NCBI GenBank assembly: GCA_965644295.1
Contig: CBFFRP010000369.1
Coordinates: forward strand, 35,221 to 99,220
Direction of reading: 5' to 3'
DNA from: Paraphysomonas bandaiensis
Taxonomy: Eukaryota > Protista > Chrysophyceae
DNA: 64,000 nucleotides
Positions 25,097-38,924 of this stretch are shown here, one piece after another. The position numbers and the translations under genes were made by a program. Positions within the stretch are counted from its first letter, which is position 1. Every line of letters begins with the position of its first letter. The notes beneath the pieces were generated by a model. That model had not been told where the DNA came from. It searched no databases and saw nothing but the letters and a program-made list of their open reading frames with translations.

Positions 25097-25176
25097 ATTT
25101 AGGAATGTACTTTCCGTGCTGGTATCCGATATTTGGCCCTGTGTGTGCTGTAAAGGATTTGTTAGAAACAATATAC

Positions 25177-25824
25177 TAGGGGGCGATAACAATATATTGC
25201 AATATATTGCCAGCAAAATTAAATAATAATAATATTTTAAAGACCAATAATTATTAAATATGTTGCAATATATTGATATATATTGGGCGCTACGAAGAAG
25301 AAATGAGCTCGATCGGCAGTAACTAGTTTTAGTAGAGGATACAATACATAATGATGAATACCCAATAACAATGCAGCAACCAGTACTCTTTGTCACTGTC
25401 GTCCTATTCTCGTCCTGATCAGGCGGTCCATGATCGATGACCTGTTGCACAGTCTTTGCGGTCCACAAGTGCTTGTTGAAGCGCAGAAACAGCAGCAGTT
25501 CAAGCAGTTTGGAGTTTACTATTTGGTGAATAGCTTGACAGAGACAGTGCAAATTCTTATGCTGAACATGAATAGCGTTTTTCGTTGCAGGTATGCATCA
25601 GAATTGTTTGATGTTATAATAATATATGAGTTATATGTGAACATGAAGAGTATTTATGGTTAATCAAATATATTTCTAAGACACACAAGCATGAGCAATA
25701 TATGTCAATATATTGCAATATATTGCGAGGCCAAGTTTTGCACAAATAATAATTAATATATTGTGGCAAGTAAAAATAAATAATTGATATATATTGCAAT
25801 CCAATATGTATTTACCTGGCCCTG
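25177..25824 (-). mobile_element. Internally deleted hAT element (648 bp)
   Basis: Termini TAGGG...CCCTG; 8-bp TSD CAATATAC (25169-76, 25825-32); multiple 'attgcaatatattg' subterminal motifs; minus-strand 'LELLLFLRFNKHLW' dimerization remnant. Confidence 0.9.
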
Positions 25825-26301
25825 CAATATACAGATAGTACGATAGTACTATCTTGTCTAGCTAAACTCCCGACTGGCTTCCGAATAGCAGGTAACTAGA
25901 GTTATATTTGAAGTACTTACTATAAAGTTCTTCCCATATAGTAGCTATTAAATTTGATTTGTCAGCGCCCAATCGTGTTGCAGATTGTTTTCTACGTAAT
26001 GTATATTATATCTTTTGGTAGTACATGCACGACACTACTTGTAATGGTGTACTCAGTGCTTACTCCCCTTATGAATCAGGAGTAGAACGCACCCCAACAC
26101 GTCTACATTGCTTTCGAATGTAGAAGAGATGATCAATAATTATATTAAACCAAAATACGATATTCAACTCATATGAAATTACCTCATATGATATTATGTA
26201 ATTAACACACTTGAGTTTAATTCGAATATATCTAATCCCAATCACCTTCACTCTAAATTACAAACGAACTACATATAGCGTAAACACTAAATATATATGT
26301 G

Positions 26302-26691
26302 TCAACTTATATCCAGTGTCTGTTCAAGCTGCAAAATAGCCGCATTGACGTTAATGCTTTCCCTCGTAAATGCACCCAATGAATCTTCCGCATCTCGTAA
26401 ACGCTTGTGTAAATCATCTAGAGAGCGCTGCTCCCGATTTAATTCACTAGTAAGTTCATTCATGGTCTCAACAGATAGGTTCGTCGATCTTCTCCACCTC
26501 TGATACAGTTTAGACTAAGAAAATTAAAGCGATAAGCAGTAAACCTGTAATAATCTTCCAAGATCTCGCGCCAATGTTTCGCATTCTCTTTGATCGTAAT
26601 CCTGCTTCAAACTCTGGCGCTCAAGATCTCTAATTATCGCTAGCCCTCTGTTCTCGATGTTATTATGATGACGACAAATTTCGTTAGCCAT
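26302..26691 (-). CDS. Small predicted coiled-coil protein of unknown function (two exons, 31-nt intron)
   Basis: 'MANEICRHH...LGRLLQ' splices in frame to 'SKLYQRWRR...LEQTLDIS*'; heptad-like sequence; start uncertain. Confidence 0.5.
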
Positions 26692-27432
26692 GTAGTTGAA
26701 TGACTTAAAGATGGTGAGGTGCACAACTCTTGTCTGAAATAACTATGCTTATCACTGCTGTCAGTGGGACGATGGAATAGGACGGTTAGGATGTGGAGTT
26801 GTCGTATAGTATGGTATGGTATAGTATGGTGTGTGGTATAGTAGACTAGGAACTTCCTACAGGCAGATACAGTGTAAGCTTATAGAATAGCGATTGGAAA
26901 CCTAACGTATCACCTGTATACTCTATGTATACAGCTCCACCCTACACTCCTAAGGTATTGTATTCTTATTCCTCTGTAGTCTATGTATTCTATAGTACAA
27001 TGCCGTACGATATCAGTTGAATCTCTTGTGCTGTGCTGCTCTTGTGTACGTATGTGTAGGCAGCAGCAGGAGTACAATGCAGCGTAGGTGTGTATAGAGT
27101 ACAGCGCACAACACGCACTCTCTCTCTGTGTATATATGTATGTATATGTCAGTTGATCTACTATAATTACACGCTCTCTCTTAGTATCAACACAACACTC
27201 CTTCTTTATCTCACTCCATGCGTTGAACATATCACTCATGCACTATACATCAGTGTGTTTATTCATATCGTGTAATTTTATTAGAAGTTAGCTGAGATAT
27301 GCTTCTCATCGAATAACAACACCGTCATAGTGCTTCTGTTGATCTGTGGACTGGCTGAGTCACTGCTATTGATTCAGCAATCAGTAGCTTTGAGTTTAGT
27401 GTTAATATATCGCATATATAATATCTGGAGTT

Positions 27433-30400
27433 ATGAGTAGTGAGTACTCAGCGTTGAGCACGGGCGATCTGTGTACGGCAATAGATTCTATGCCACCTGC
27501 CCCTCCCCCTGACAGTAGCCCAGCTATAAGTGGTAGGGGTGTATTGTAGCCGCCTTTTTTCTTAGATTTTGTTGTATGTAGACTCTGCTGTGTTGGATGC
27601 AATTAAGTTGGAAGAGACTGAATCTCTTTCGCCCTCTCCTGTACGTGACACCAACGGCTGTGTCGCCATGACGATAACTGGGTCACCTAAGACCCCTCGT
27701 AGCAGGTATATACATATATATGTATACATATTTATATGACTAATTATTGGTGTAGTCAAAAGAAGAAGCGTCCAACCCTGTTAACCACGGATGATAGTCT
27801 CTCGGACATTAAATATGACCTCATGTAAGTACGCGACGTATCTAGTACAAATGGTCCCGTTACGCATCATATGTATTCGTGAATCACACAACACTGTGTA
27901 TAGGCGCCGCAGTAAACGAGGAGCATTCGATAGCCCTGTGTCTTATCAGTCAGGCAGCCCCACCAGTGCAGAGAAAAGTATGTCGACGTCCAATATATAA
28001 ACCGTAAAATGACTAATGCTACTGTCCACCATAGCTGGTGCATTTGCTTCTCCTGAAATTTCTCCAAAATCTCGTAGAGGTTCTAAAAGTTTAAATTCCC
28101 CTAGCGGAAGCAGGAGAAGCTCGTTTGAAAACAAGCCATCCACAGTGAAGCACACTTATAAGTATGATATGGTTAAGTGGTGCTTACTCTGCTTAACGTT
28201 GTAAACCACTGTAGAGCGAATTCAATTATGGATCGTGCGAAGCAATTGTCTGTAAATGATTACCACTTTCTGAAGACTATTGGAAAGGTAACAATAAGAG
28301 CATGTATCGCTGATGGTTACCCTCTGTATAGGGAGCGTTTGCAGAGGTAAAGCTAGCGGCTAAATTAGACGAGCCAATGAAAGCTGGCTGCATTCCTGAA
28401 GAGCGGTAGACATAGTCCATAGTTTATGTATAGATGAGTATGATAATCTGTGATAGGTATGCTATCAAGATTATAAAGAAAAACTTCCTCCAAGACAAAC
28501 GTACGGTAAAGTTTAAGGCGCGTGGAAGCGGTGCCAACTCATCCCCAATATCTATTGGGGCTTCCCCACAAAGAAATACACCTGAGGAGGTGCGATTTTA
28601 ACATTAATATTATAGTATTTTGACATGTATCATGCTGTCTAATTCAATGCACTGAGTACTGACTGGTGTGTGTCACCACGGACAGATTAAACAGGTGCCG
28701 GACGAAGTGCTCCAGGAGATCAGTATAATGAAACACCTGGTTCACCCGCAGTTGGTGAAACTGCACGAAATCATTGATGACGAGTCGTCGAAATACCTCT
28801 ACCTCGTGATGGAATATGTTGAGGTACGACTGATCATGCGTATCCCTCTGTATGAGTATAATTGACTGGAAATATACTTCAGGCGGGGCCCATCATGCAA
28901 TTTAACCAAATGTCTCAGACATTTGTGTGTAAGTTGACGAATGGTGTAATGTTGGAGTGCATGGCTAGCCGAGTGTTTCGGTAAGTATGCTCTTGCGGTT
29001 GTGGTATTATATGAATTGACGAATCGTGTGCGTATAGGGAGCTGATGAGCGCTCTGGCATATTTGCACATGAACCATATTGCTCACAGGTCAGGCGACTA
29101 TGTCTATTGTGGCGGATATATATTAGAATGTGTTCGGTATATGTAATGGTTTTTGACAACAGGGACTTGAAACCAGATAATCTATTGGTCGATTTCAATG
29201 GAAATCTAAAGGTTCGGTGAATAGCACATATCATGTGTCGAAGTGTTGAACATGACTCTGTAATGTACAGGTAACTGACTTCGGCGTCTCAAGTCACTTC
29301 TCGGACGAGAAGCGCAAGGCTGCGATTCATTTGCGACATCTGCCCCGCTCTAAAAGCAGGGGAATTGTGGGGAAAACAGAAGGTGTGGTGATAATATATC
29401 TCTTATACCACGTTAATACATACTGACTTTTCCTATAAATTGATTATTCTAGGCACTTTTCCTTTTTACAGCCCGGAGATGTGTAAAGAGAACGCATCCG
29501 TGTAAGTGCTTCGTCGTAGTCATGTCCTTGTAGCTTAGTATGTGAAATGTTTCCGCTGTGAATTTAGCCTGCACATTTTTTATTGGTTGTGTTTCTTCAG
29601 GTATTCGGCATATATGTCGGATGTCTGGGCTGCTAGTGTATGTCTTTGGATTTTTATATTTGGAAAACTTCCCTTCTATCACCCAGATGTTGTGAAATTG
29701 TTTTCCATGATTAGGTACACGCTATCTGTATCTGGAAGTTGACTGCATCATTTACTTTTTCATTGCTGTAGATGTGAAGACCCAATCATGCCCCACCGTG
29801 TATCACCAGGTAAATTCCGGAACTGCTTTGCTTTAACTGCTTATGTGTGGTGCACTCCAGAGCTTGAAAACCTTTTGGGCTTTCTACTGCAGAAGAATGT
29901 CCACAGAAGGTATATATAATGTCGTGTGTAGGTGGTGATATGTATGTTTTCGTTGGTTGGCGAAAACGATTGCATTGTGGCGTGTTTAATATGTATATGT
30001 GTTTGATATATGCAGGTTAAGTGTGGCCCATATTCAACATCATCCATGGCTCACGGGGAAATTTCTTAATAATGTCAAGAGTACCTTAGAGACACAAAAG
30101 AGGTTTGTACTAGCTAATGAATCACTTGTAGCCACACGAGTGGTATAATATGCTACATTTTCATAGACAAGTTGTTTTTACTGATGCGTGGTTAACATTA
30201 TCCTATCTTAGTGAAAAGTCGATCGATACAGCTCACAAATCGGTGGATACTGCTCATAAGTCCGTGGACAAGAGTGTGGATACTGCAAACAACTCCTGCG
30301 ACGAAACAATTACTACTATGCTAACGGCCACACTCCCATCGGGGCCTAACCAGATAGAAGAAAGTAGGATTGGTGTGCTGTATTCGAATGGACAATAACT

Positions 30401-31479
30401 TGTCGTACGCTTTTTTAGATATTCGCCAACGGATACCGCCGAAATTAATTCCAAGGATTATAGCGTGAGTACTCGGATTATTGCTTTTACACTGCTTACA
30501 TTATAATATATATTGGGTGTTTGCCTGTTTAATTGGTTGTGTATAAAGATGGAAGGAGTCGGCCAAAGCAACATGTGAAGCTCGAAAAGTGAAACTTCTT
30601 CGTGCTTCCAGCTCCGACATAAGGTGTGGATTTCTACATTTCTATCTTTCGTGAATTCTGTTAAATCAACTGCAGCACACTTGTTAGAAAGAGTATGAAT
30701 GCGCTTAAAGCCCGCCGACCATCGGAGACATCTGTAGATGAAGCTGTCATCGAACGTGCTTTTACATTCAGCGTACGTGCATGTATATGAATCGTTGAAA
30801 TCTCAATGTGCCATAGGACGACAATAATGATGGAGATAGCGTTGGTTCCGACGATTCAGATCCCCTTGGTAAGAGCGTTTTCTGTGTGTATGGTATGGTG
30901 GGATAATAGTTTTAATGTGCAGCACGACTAGTTTCGTATGATGAAATTAGTGCACATACATTGCAACAGATCGAAGACCATGAGAAGAAAAAGTTGAAAT
31001 CAAATATCATGGCTTCGCTAGACGATGATGACGGCGATAGCACAGCCTCAGGTGTACCCAATAGAGGACTGACACCCCCCCGGCACAAAAGAACTGCCTC
31101 ACAGGACTCCCAAACAACTAGTGTGACGCCTTCGGAGTCGAGTACACCAACCACTGTGAAGAAAAAGGCTCTTCGGGTGGGAAGGAAGAAGGTAATCATC
31201 ACACCCACCGGGGAAATGAAGCCGATATTTCCTGCGGATACCTCTACAGAAGAACGAACATCATCGTCGAAATCAAGGAATAGCATGACGAGTAATCTAA
31301 GCTCAATAGAGGTTTTGGATAAGATTATGAAGGAGTTGGAGCAGAATGAGGACACATGCAGCGAATATAGAGGTGTAGCGACAGCAGAACCGAGTTCAGG
31401 CGACAAAAGTAACGAAACTTCATCGTTCTGGGACGCAATGCTGTGCTGCTGCAAAAAGAGCGGCGTAGCGGAAAAGTAA
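27433..31479 (+). CDS. Ser/Thr protein kinase, CAMKK-like; highly multi-exonic
   Basis: 'IGKGAFAEVKLA', 'YAIK', 'EISIMKHLVHPQLVKLHEIIDD', 'HRDLKPDNLL', 'VTDFGVS', 'EGTFPFYSPE', 'SDVWAASVCLWIFIFGKLPF' distributed over many short exons. Confidence 0.9.
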
Positions 31480-32039
31480 TATATGCACACACCACATGAA
31501 ACCTTCAACGATGTTCATAGTGCCGCATCACACCAGTTGCAGCCGCATCTACAGCATAAAAGTTTGAGCACAAGCATGATATGCTATAATTTAGGTAGGA
31601 AGCGCATCGCATCGAAAATTCAAGCGTTGCGAAGTGATGTATAAATATGTGTGGGATATTATGTTAGTCTCCTTGCCATGAATTGTCAGGTTAACGTGGT
31701 TTGTATCAATAGCTCGTGTGAACTGGCATGATGATGTGTCTGCAGTATATTGTATTCCAAGCGAGGTCGGACTATAGGTGGTGACCCATTGGAAGCATCC
31801 AATCAGTTGGTATGGATATCTTGTAGTTTGGCTGTCTTTTAATTAATTACTGCAAACGAAATTTGGCAATAAACTCATAGCTTTTACTTTAGTCTTTGCG
31901 ATCGCGATCTTGACATAACTATCTTCAGTATCCACATTTGACCTATTTAATTAGGTAAACATGTAAACTTATTTATCCACGGGAAGTAGGGAAGCGCTCA
32001 AGAGGGTAGTGAAGGTCGGATTATGATTAGCGATAGAAC

Positions 32040-32131
32040 TAATTTAGCATTTACTCACTAGTGCTTAACTCTGATATCAGATAGCAGTCTATTTAACGCT
32101 ATGAAAGCTGCTTGCACCAAGGTGCAACCAC
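32040..32131 (-). mobile_element. Short LINE-3'-derived element, subfamily B (hairpin loop deleted)
   Basis: 'ctagtgcttaactctgata...tatttaacgcta...gctgcttgcaccaaggtgcaacca'. Confidence 0.75.
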
Positions 32132-32759
32132 ATTCGCACTAATAGTTTAGTATATAAATATCACGAATAGTTTAGTAGTTTCCCGAAGAAATATATTTAT
32201 GTACTTATCCCCCCAAAACACCAAAAAAGTGCGAGTCCAACTTTGTTGAGGGCTCAGGAAAGGGACGATACTCTTTATCCCTAGGTTAAATTGTAGCTTG
32301 TCCTTATGATGATGAAAACTAAATATTATATTATATAGATATTTGCAACCCGCTATAAGAATACATCTAAAGCTTTCGAACTGCAGGCTAGTATAATAAT
32401 AGTAATTGGTAATTGCAGACTAGTTGGTATCCATTCCTCAGACGAATGGACAACATGACAAATGGTCTACTTGGGAGAGATAAATATAGCACAGTCTTAT
32501 TATGACGACCGATTTGAAAGTGATTAATATGGAACATTTACTCCTAGCTACATCAAAGTACAAAACGGTCAATGTTGAATACATGCCCTTCAAACATCGA
32601 GATATATAACATACAGAAAAAAAGAGAGACTGACGTAATGAGACAAAATACTGCCAAAATAAAGTAGTCTCTAATGCAATAATTTCACAATCCGTGAAGA
32701 CAGTCTGGTGAAAAGTAGCTGTAACATTTATGAAGCATGTATAACGGGGAAGACATGAT

Positions 32760-35700
32760 TTAACTATCAGATTGGAAGAAACTCGCGTCGACAATATTCC
32801 TTGCCGCGGACTCCACTACCCCCACAGGAAGGTGTAACTGTTGTGCTAGGTGACGCCAGTGCTTCATTCCACTTTTAAAGTTAGGTAGTTTCGGCATACT
32901 AGCTCTCGCAAGTGATGGAGAAAGGGATTTCCCGGAGCGAACGGCTTTGTAAACGCCGGTAGGACTGTCCAGTCCAATTGTACTACTGTCGCTGTCCGAT
33001 GGAGGGAAGCATGTCACGGTAGACTGCTGTAGAATGTGACAATATTTCTGCTGCGTAAGACTAAGCACCCCCTCTAGGTGTTCCAAACGCACCGCAGTAA
33101 TGTTGACATCTTCCTCTGACACCACGGAAGTATCGCTAACAGTTGAAACGTCGGAAAAGTCAATATCCTCCACAGGATATAGGGCGCTCGCAGCAACTTT
33201 AGCAGCGGTATTTGCCACAGAACTAGTCCATGCCACTCGGCCGAGGGAGTTGGACCGCTGCGTAGCTGTACGGGCTGTGAGACGGGAGAGTCCGGAGTTA
33301 CCGTCTCCTTTAGGACTAATAGATTCTCCTACATAACATTAACACAAAATCTATTAGACCACACACATACACTATAGTTGTAACCACTTTAACGAAGCAT
33401 TTCACACACCATTGTAGGAACCATTTAAAGTGCCTTGAAACGTAGCCGAGCGTGTGGGAAGAGATCTCGTCGTTACCAACTTAGGGTGCGATGAGGGAGA
33501 TAAATCCGATTCTTCACCATCGTCAACATCCAAACTGGAAAATATACGAAGTGAAAATGAGACAAAATGTCTGACACTAACCACATACTAGAGTGGCAAA
33601 TAAAATATCACATTTGATAATACTAGCCTCTTACCTCTCTAGAGCCGATATTGCATCTGCGAACACATTACTTGACGTACTGCAATCGTCGTCTACAGAA
33701 TAACAACACCGCTGCACGTTGTTTCGGAGAAAAGAGTGCTGGAGGAGGTCCTTCACAGTGGGACGAGAGGCAGGATTCTTCTCTAGACAGGCCCTTATAA
33801 ACATATTGAATTCCTCAGTGTATGCATCACCAGGCAACGGGATGTCTTCATCACAAATGGATTTCATCAGATTCCAGTATCCTCTGGGCTCTTCTCCATC
33901 ACCTGAACTGAGAGGCATGCAACCTCGTAATACGGCAAGGATTGTCATTCCAACTGACCATATATCTCCCGGGAAACCATACTGTTCATTACGGATGCGC
34001 TCTGGTGCCTAATATCGAATACCTATCGATTAGAAGCATATACAAGTGCACTACCACATACCATGTAACACATTGTCCCGACGAACGAATTTGAAGATAT
34101 CTGTTCATTCCGTGGAGAACTGTCTACCACCTTCGAAATCCCAAAATCAGCTAATTTAACTATTCCTTCACAATTCAGAAGAATATTTCCTGGTTTCACG
34201 TCCCTACACAATGATTATACATAGCATAATAGTCAAAGTGTGTGACTACGACCTGTGAGCCAAGCTTCTACTGTGCAAAAAATCTAACCCCAACAGCACT
34301 TGGTAGGCAATGTCGGCTAGCACATCTTCATCTTGGCACCCCCCGTTCTCCACCACATCCTGCAAAGATCCGCCATCCATATACTCTACCACTAAGTTGA
34401 CCATGCCGTTCTTAGAGTCTAGAAATGCTGCCAGTAGAATTCATCAGTGCGAAGCAGAATCTTGCAAAAATGGTGTGCCACATATGAAAAAGTGAAGAGT
34501 TGAGATACATATAGAAGTGCTACGAATATGCTGCAATGTATTTGCTTGCGCTTACGTACCATCATACATGGCTAATAACTGCTGGCAGCTGCTGAGCACC
34601 CTGGAATCTCTTCGGTGAAGCTTTCTTGTCTTACTGAATTCTGATCGGCTCACGTCAGACATAGCATCTCCATCGATATCAGAAAAGGCATCCGAAGCGG
34701 CGTCGGAAAGAGTTTCATCATGATGAAAGACACCATTTTCAACGCCACTGGTATCACTATCCCCGCGAGGTGTGTATCTCGAGCTGCTGTCAATGTACAC
34801 AGAGCGCGGAGTAGTGGAAGCAAAACTATCTATCTGTTCTTCTCCTACTTCGCACTCTATCTCCTCGTCTCCCAGAGACGAACTGATAAGTTGAAGTTCA
34901 GCCAGGTTATGATATAATACTCCTAGTTCAGATGAGATATTATGTAAATTTTCAGAGTCATTTATGGGGATCATTTTGAGTGCCACAATGGTAAGTGTCG
35001 GCAAGTGAAGGGCCTCCAGCACACTCCCAGAGGCGCCACTACCAAGTGTTCCAATCTGCACAAAGTCACTCTTTCCGTCTGTCAAAAATGCATGCGGAGT
35101 TTCCTTGTGACCTGCCGTGGAACTCAAGATAATGCCTGCTTCTTTTATTGCGAAGTTGCCAATATGAAGACCCCCCCCTGGACTTAAATGGGCGTCTTCA
35201 CGAGGTGTATTAGCCTGACTGCACCCATCCATAGGTAGCGAGCGGAGATTCGCGTCAGATACCATATCTTCCGACACTTCAACCTTTAGATTGGGTCGTG
35301 AACGACGACGACGTTGTGAAGGTGGAGTTGGCGGTTTACCGTTGCTGTGGATATCGTCTGCAATTGACAAGTGCGAAAGTTTTCGGAAACTATCAGGGCG
35401 TAACATTCCAATTGGCAAATTGTCTTTGTTATTTCGTGGAGTCTGACGACTACTATCAGTGGAAGTTGTTGTGTCATCCACATTGAGTGCTTTATCTTTG
35501 TTTCGGTTAGTTTCAAGTGTATGTGAGAGATTCTTTAAGGCTATATTGCGAATAGAATCAGTCTTCTCTAATGAGGCCTTGCCTTCAGGACTCTCTCGTA
35601 TTTCTGTATAAGTCTTCCGAATGTTATTATGAATCTCTGAGTCACCTAAACCGGCTCGTTTCATACGTCGAAACGCCCGTCTTAAACCCAATACAGTCTT

Positions 35701-35859
35701 CTTCTTAGTGGGAGCTGTCTCATGTCTAGTCTCATCTATCACTCGACTATCACTAGATTCCAGACTATCTCCCACATCTCTCCTATCTTCCTGAGTGGTC
35801 TCTGTGCTGATGGGGTCTTTCCCACTCTTTTTCTTCGATGATTTAAGAGTGTTTCCCAT
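32760..35859 (-). CDS. MAP kinase kinase (STE7 family); multi-exon, with long N- and C-terminal extensions
   Basis: 'LGSGASGSV', 'VALKMI', '[13 protein letters not shown]', '[12 protein letters not shown]', 'VKLADFGIS', '[16 protein letters not shown]', 'GDIWSVGMT'. Confidence 0.92.
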
Positions 35860-36397
35860 CGTATACAATGTGCGTGTTACAACTCCTTATTCATGACTCT
35901 TGTAGAGCTACTTCACGTACATACTTCGAAGTCAGAGAGTTCCGAGTGAAGTATGCATCCGGAAGCCTATACTGTGTGAGTCATATGGTAAAGTGATATG
36001 ATGTCGCACAGCACACACGATATGAAGTTCATACTCCATCTTCAACTTCCCCCCCTCTGCCCTGTTGTGTGCGTGCAGTTGCTTCGTCATCATATACCAC
36101 CAGTATACAACTGTACTCTTCTCAATATCTATCAGTCATTAAAACTGAAAATAATGTCGATTCAAGATACTCTTCCCAACTGATGAAATTTTTAGACTCT
36201 TTTTTTCTTCAAACTCTGTACAGTAAACTCAAACCGTCATATATAATACACGCATAGATATGCATACATACATATACATACACATACATACATCTTCTCC
36301 AACAAAAAACAATACTCAAATTTTGTAGTCGCAGGGACCCCAGTGCTCACTGCTCGCACACTATCATCCGCATAGACGCTCTACTCTTAATAGAAAT

Positions 36398-38327
36398 ATG
36401 TGGAGATTTTTGCTTGTAGGATTGGCTGCGAGTGTTTATGGGTCATCGCTTCGAGATGGGCGTGTTCTCTACACTGATGCTACGCGTACGTTTAATAACA
36501 GTTATGCGGTGCGGAAAGCTGATCCCAATGGAGCAAGATTAGATAACTTCGGGAGATCAGTTGCGATAGTGAAGGGATTAGCGATTGTTGGATCACCTGA
36601 AGATGATGACAATGTACTCGCAAAGGACGCTGGTGCTGTGTTTGTGTATATTGAAGATGATGCTAACAGTGACTGGCGTCTCATTCGTCAGATAGAGGAC
36701 GGAGAGCCTGGAGACTATTTCGGATGGTCTGTTGCGCTGACCACTGACAACTTTGCGGTAGTCGGAGCCTGTAGAGGAAGCCTGTATGGAAAATTTTCTG
36801 GTGCAGCCTACAGTATGTTCATTGAGAGGGATCCATATGGCGAACAACAGACCCCTACCCATATCGTTCCAACCGAAAGGCATGGTTCCGCATTCTTTGG
36901 ATTCAGTGTTGCAGTAGATGAATATAATGGCAAGGTAAAGGTAATTGTGGGAGCTTATGCGCACAGAGGCAAAGGTGCCGCTTTTATTTATACACGCAAT
37001 AAAGATGGCTCCCTACAACAAAACCAGATTCTATACGGGTCAGATTCTGTGTACGGTGACAAATTTGGGTGGAGTGTTTCGATATTCAATGGTGTTGTGG
37101 CTGTTGGTGCACCCCTGGATAACAAACAGGGTTCTGCATACGTATTTACCGAGCAGTCAGGTGTGTATGCACAGACCGACAAGATCGCTCAGACATTTGT
37201 AGATGACGATGAAAACAACCCCCTGTATGGTGACTCCTTTGGTATGTGTGTTGCGGTGGGACGCGGCATTATTGCTGTGTCCTCACCACATAATGATGTA
37301 CGCGCGACTGATGCTGGGGCTGTCTACATTTACAAGGGCGAATCAGATTACACGTTTTCACAGACACTCTTTCCTCCCAAGTCGCAGCAGTACAACAGGT
37401 TTGGCTGGAGTCTTGCATATGATAAAGCTAATGATCGATTGGCGGTCGGATCTGATTTTTCGAAGCGCTCTACAGCAGGCCAAGTGTATCTGTACGCTAT
37501 GTCATCGTCCGTCTTTTATACCTTGTCTGATGTCATCTACCCTGCCGACGATGGTAGTTTTGTTGAGTCCTCGGACGCGAATTTTGGATACGCGGTTTCC
37601 ATATACGGTGATTACTTAGCCGTTGGGGCAGAGATGGGTACTGGAGAGACTAGTTTATCTGGCGACGTGTACTTCTACAAGGCACAGACGTAAGTGGACG
37701 GAATTTTATTGCACAATATAAGTATTATGCTTTGTTTTCAACCTTTACAATTTAGTATTTCTGCATCGTAACCTCATATTTCTATAGTGAAAAGGAGGCT
37801 TCCACTCGTAAGAGCGGCAAACTATCCTCCTCGGGTAGCACTTCTACTACTGAGACTTCTACGTTTAGTATGGTCGGAGTGACGCTGTTGATTATCGTCC
37901 CTCTTTGTGCCGTGGTTATACTCTACATGTGGTACCGGTAAGGGTTGTGGGAATGAAGTTTTGAAGGTCATTTATTTTTTCTAGGTACAAGTCTGAAGGT
38001 GACAATGAAGGATTCGGTACATTTGTGTGGGATGAAATTGGCGACGTCTGGGACCGCGTAACTGGTAAGGGCGAAGCAGAGACGACTTTAAATTTCATGG
38101 AAGAAGATGATAGCCAACACAGTTCTCACCCCATGATGGAATCACGGGGATCTGGATCAGATGGGTCAGGCAGCCGTGAGCCAAAGAAGTCCCGTAGCAA
38201 GTTGTCGGGTTTGACGTCAGGGTCATCTCGTAGTCCATATTCGAGTAAATCGTCTAGAACTGGCCGCTCTAGTAACAGCGCCAAAAGGGCTGCAGGATAT
38301 ACCTCTGCTAATATGGAAGAGTTATGA
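36398..38327 (+). CDS. FG-GAP repeat beta-propeller type I membrane protein, paralog 3 (3 exons)
   Basis: Signal peptide MWRFLLVGLAASVYG; seven FG-GAP repeats; exon ~37788-37937 gives TM 'MVGVTLLIIVPLCAVVILYMWY'; Ser-rich tail in ORF 38025-38327. Confidence 0.92.
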
Positions 38328-38924
38328 ATCTAAAAGGCTTTGGAATACAGTATATGTAGCAGCAATATGTTAGCACATCCTTCGGCGAGAACGGAGATAT
38401 ATGAATATAATTAGTTGTTAGTATTATAGGAGTAAAAGAAAGACACTCATGTGTAGCGAGAAGTTATATTTGGAAGTCCTTGCCCTACCGTGTCGAGATT
38501 CCTATCGTCAGTATATAAACGTAATGATAGTTGTACTCCTCATTATTTCTACTAAGAATATCTTGAAACCTAAGAATTATGCTCTTTGTCTCTACTCTAT
38601 ATAAAATTGACACATCACAGAAGTTATCCTTGAACTGAATTTAATTCCTTTGCATCAAATATATATTTCTCCCTTTCTCCTAGTATATAATGTGAGTTGG
38701 ATTTGCCTATTTCACACAACTAACTCTCCTTGACTGCACAATATATATTATACATCATACGAAACAGCGAAATTCAACAAATACTTCTCAAAATGCAATA
38801 TATATGTGTCGTATATAATGTCAATCAGATTGTAGGAGAAGTCAAGTTGGCGTTAGCATCACAACAATCAAAACTATCCCTTAGATTCTATTATCTTTAT
38901 GTATATTACAATTTTTATAAGAGT

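Noticed and set aside
30210-30290. Short internal repeat 'SIDTAHKSVDTAHKSVDKSVDTA' in the kinase
   Set aside because: Ordinary low-complexity coding duplication with synonymous divergence; not a mobile element.
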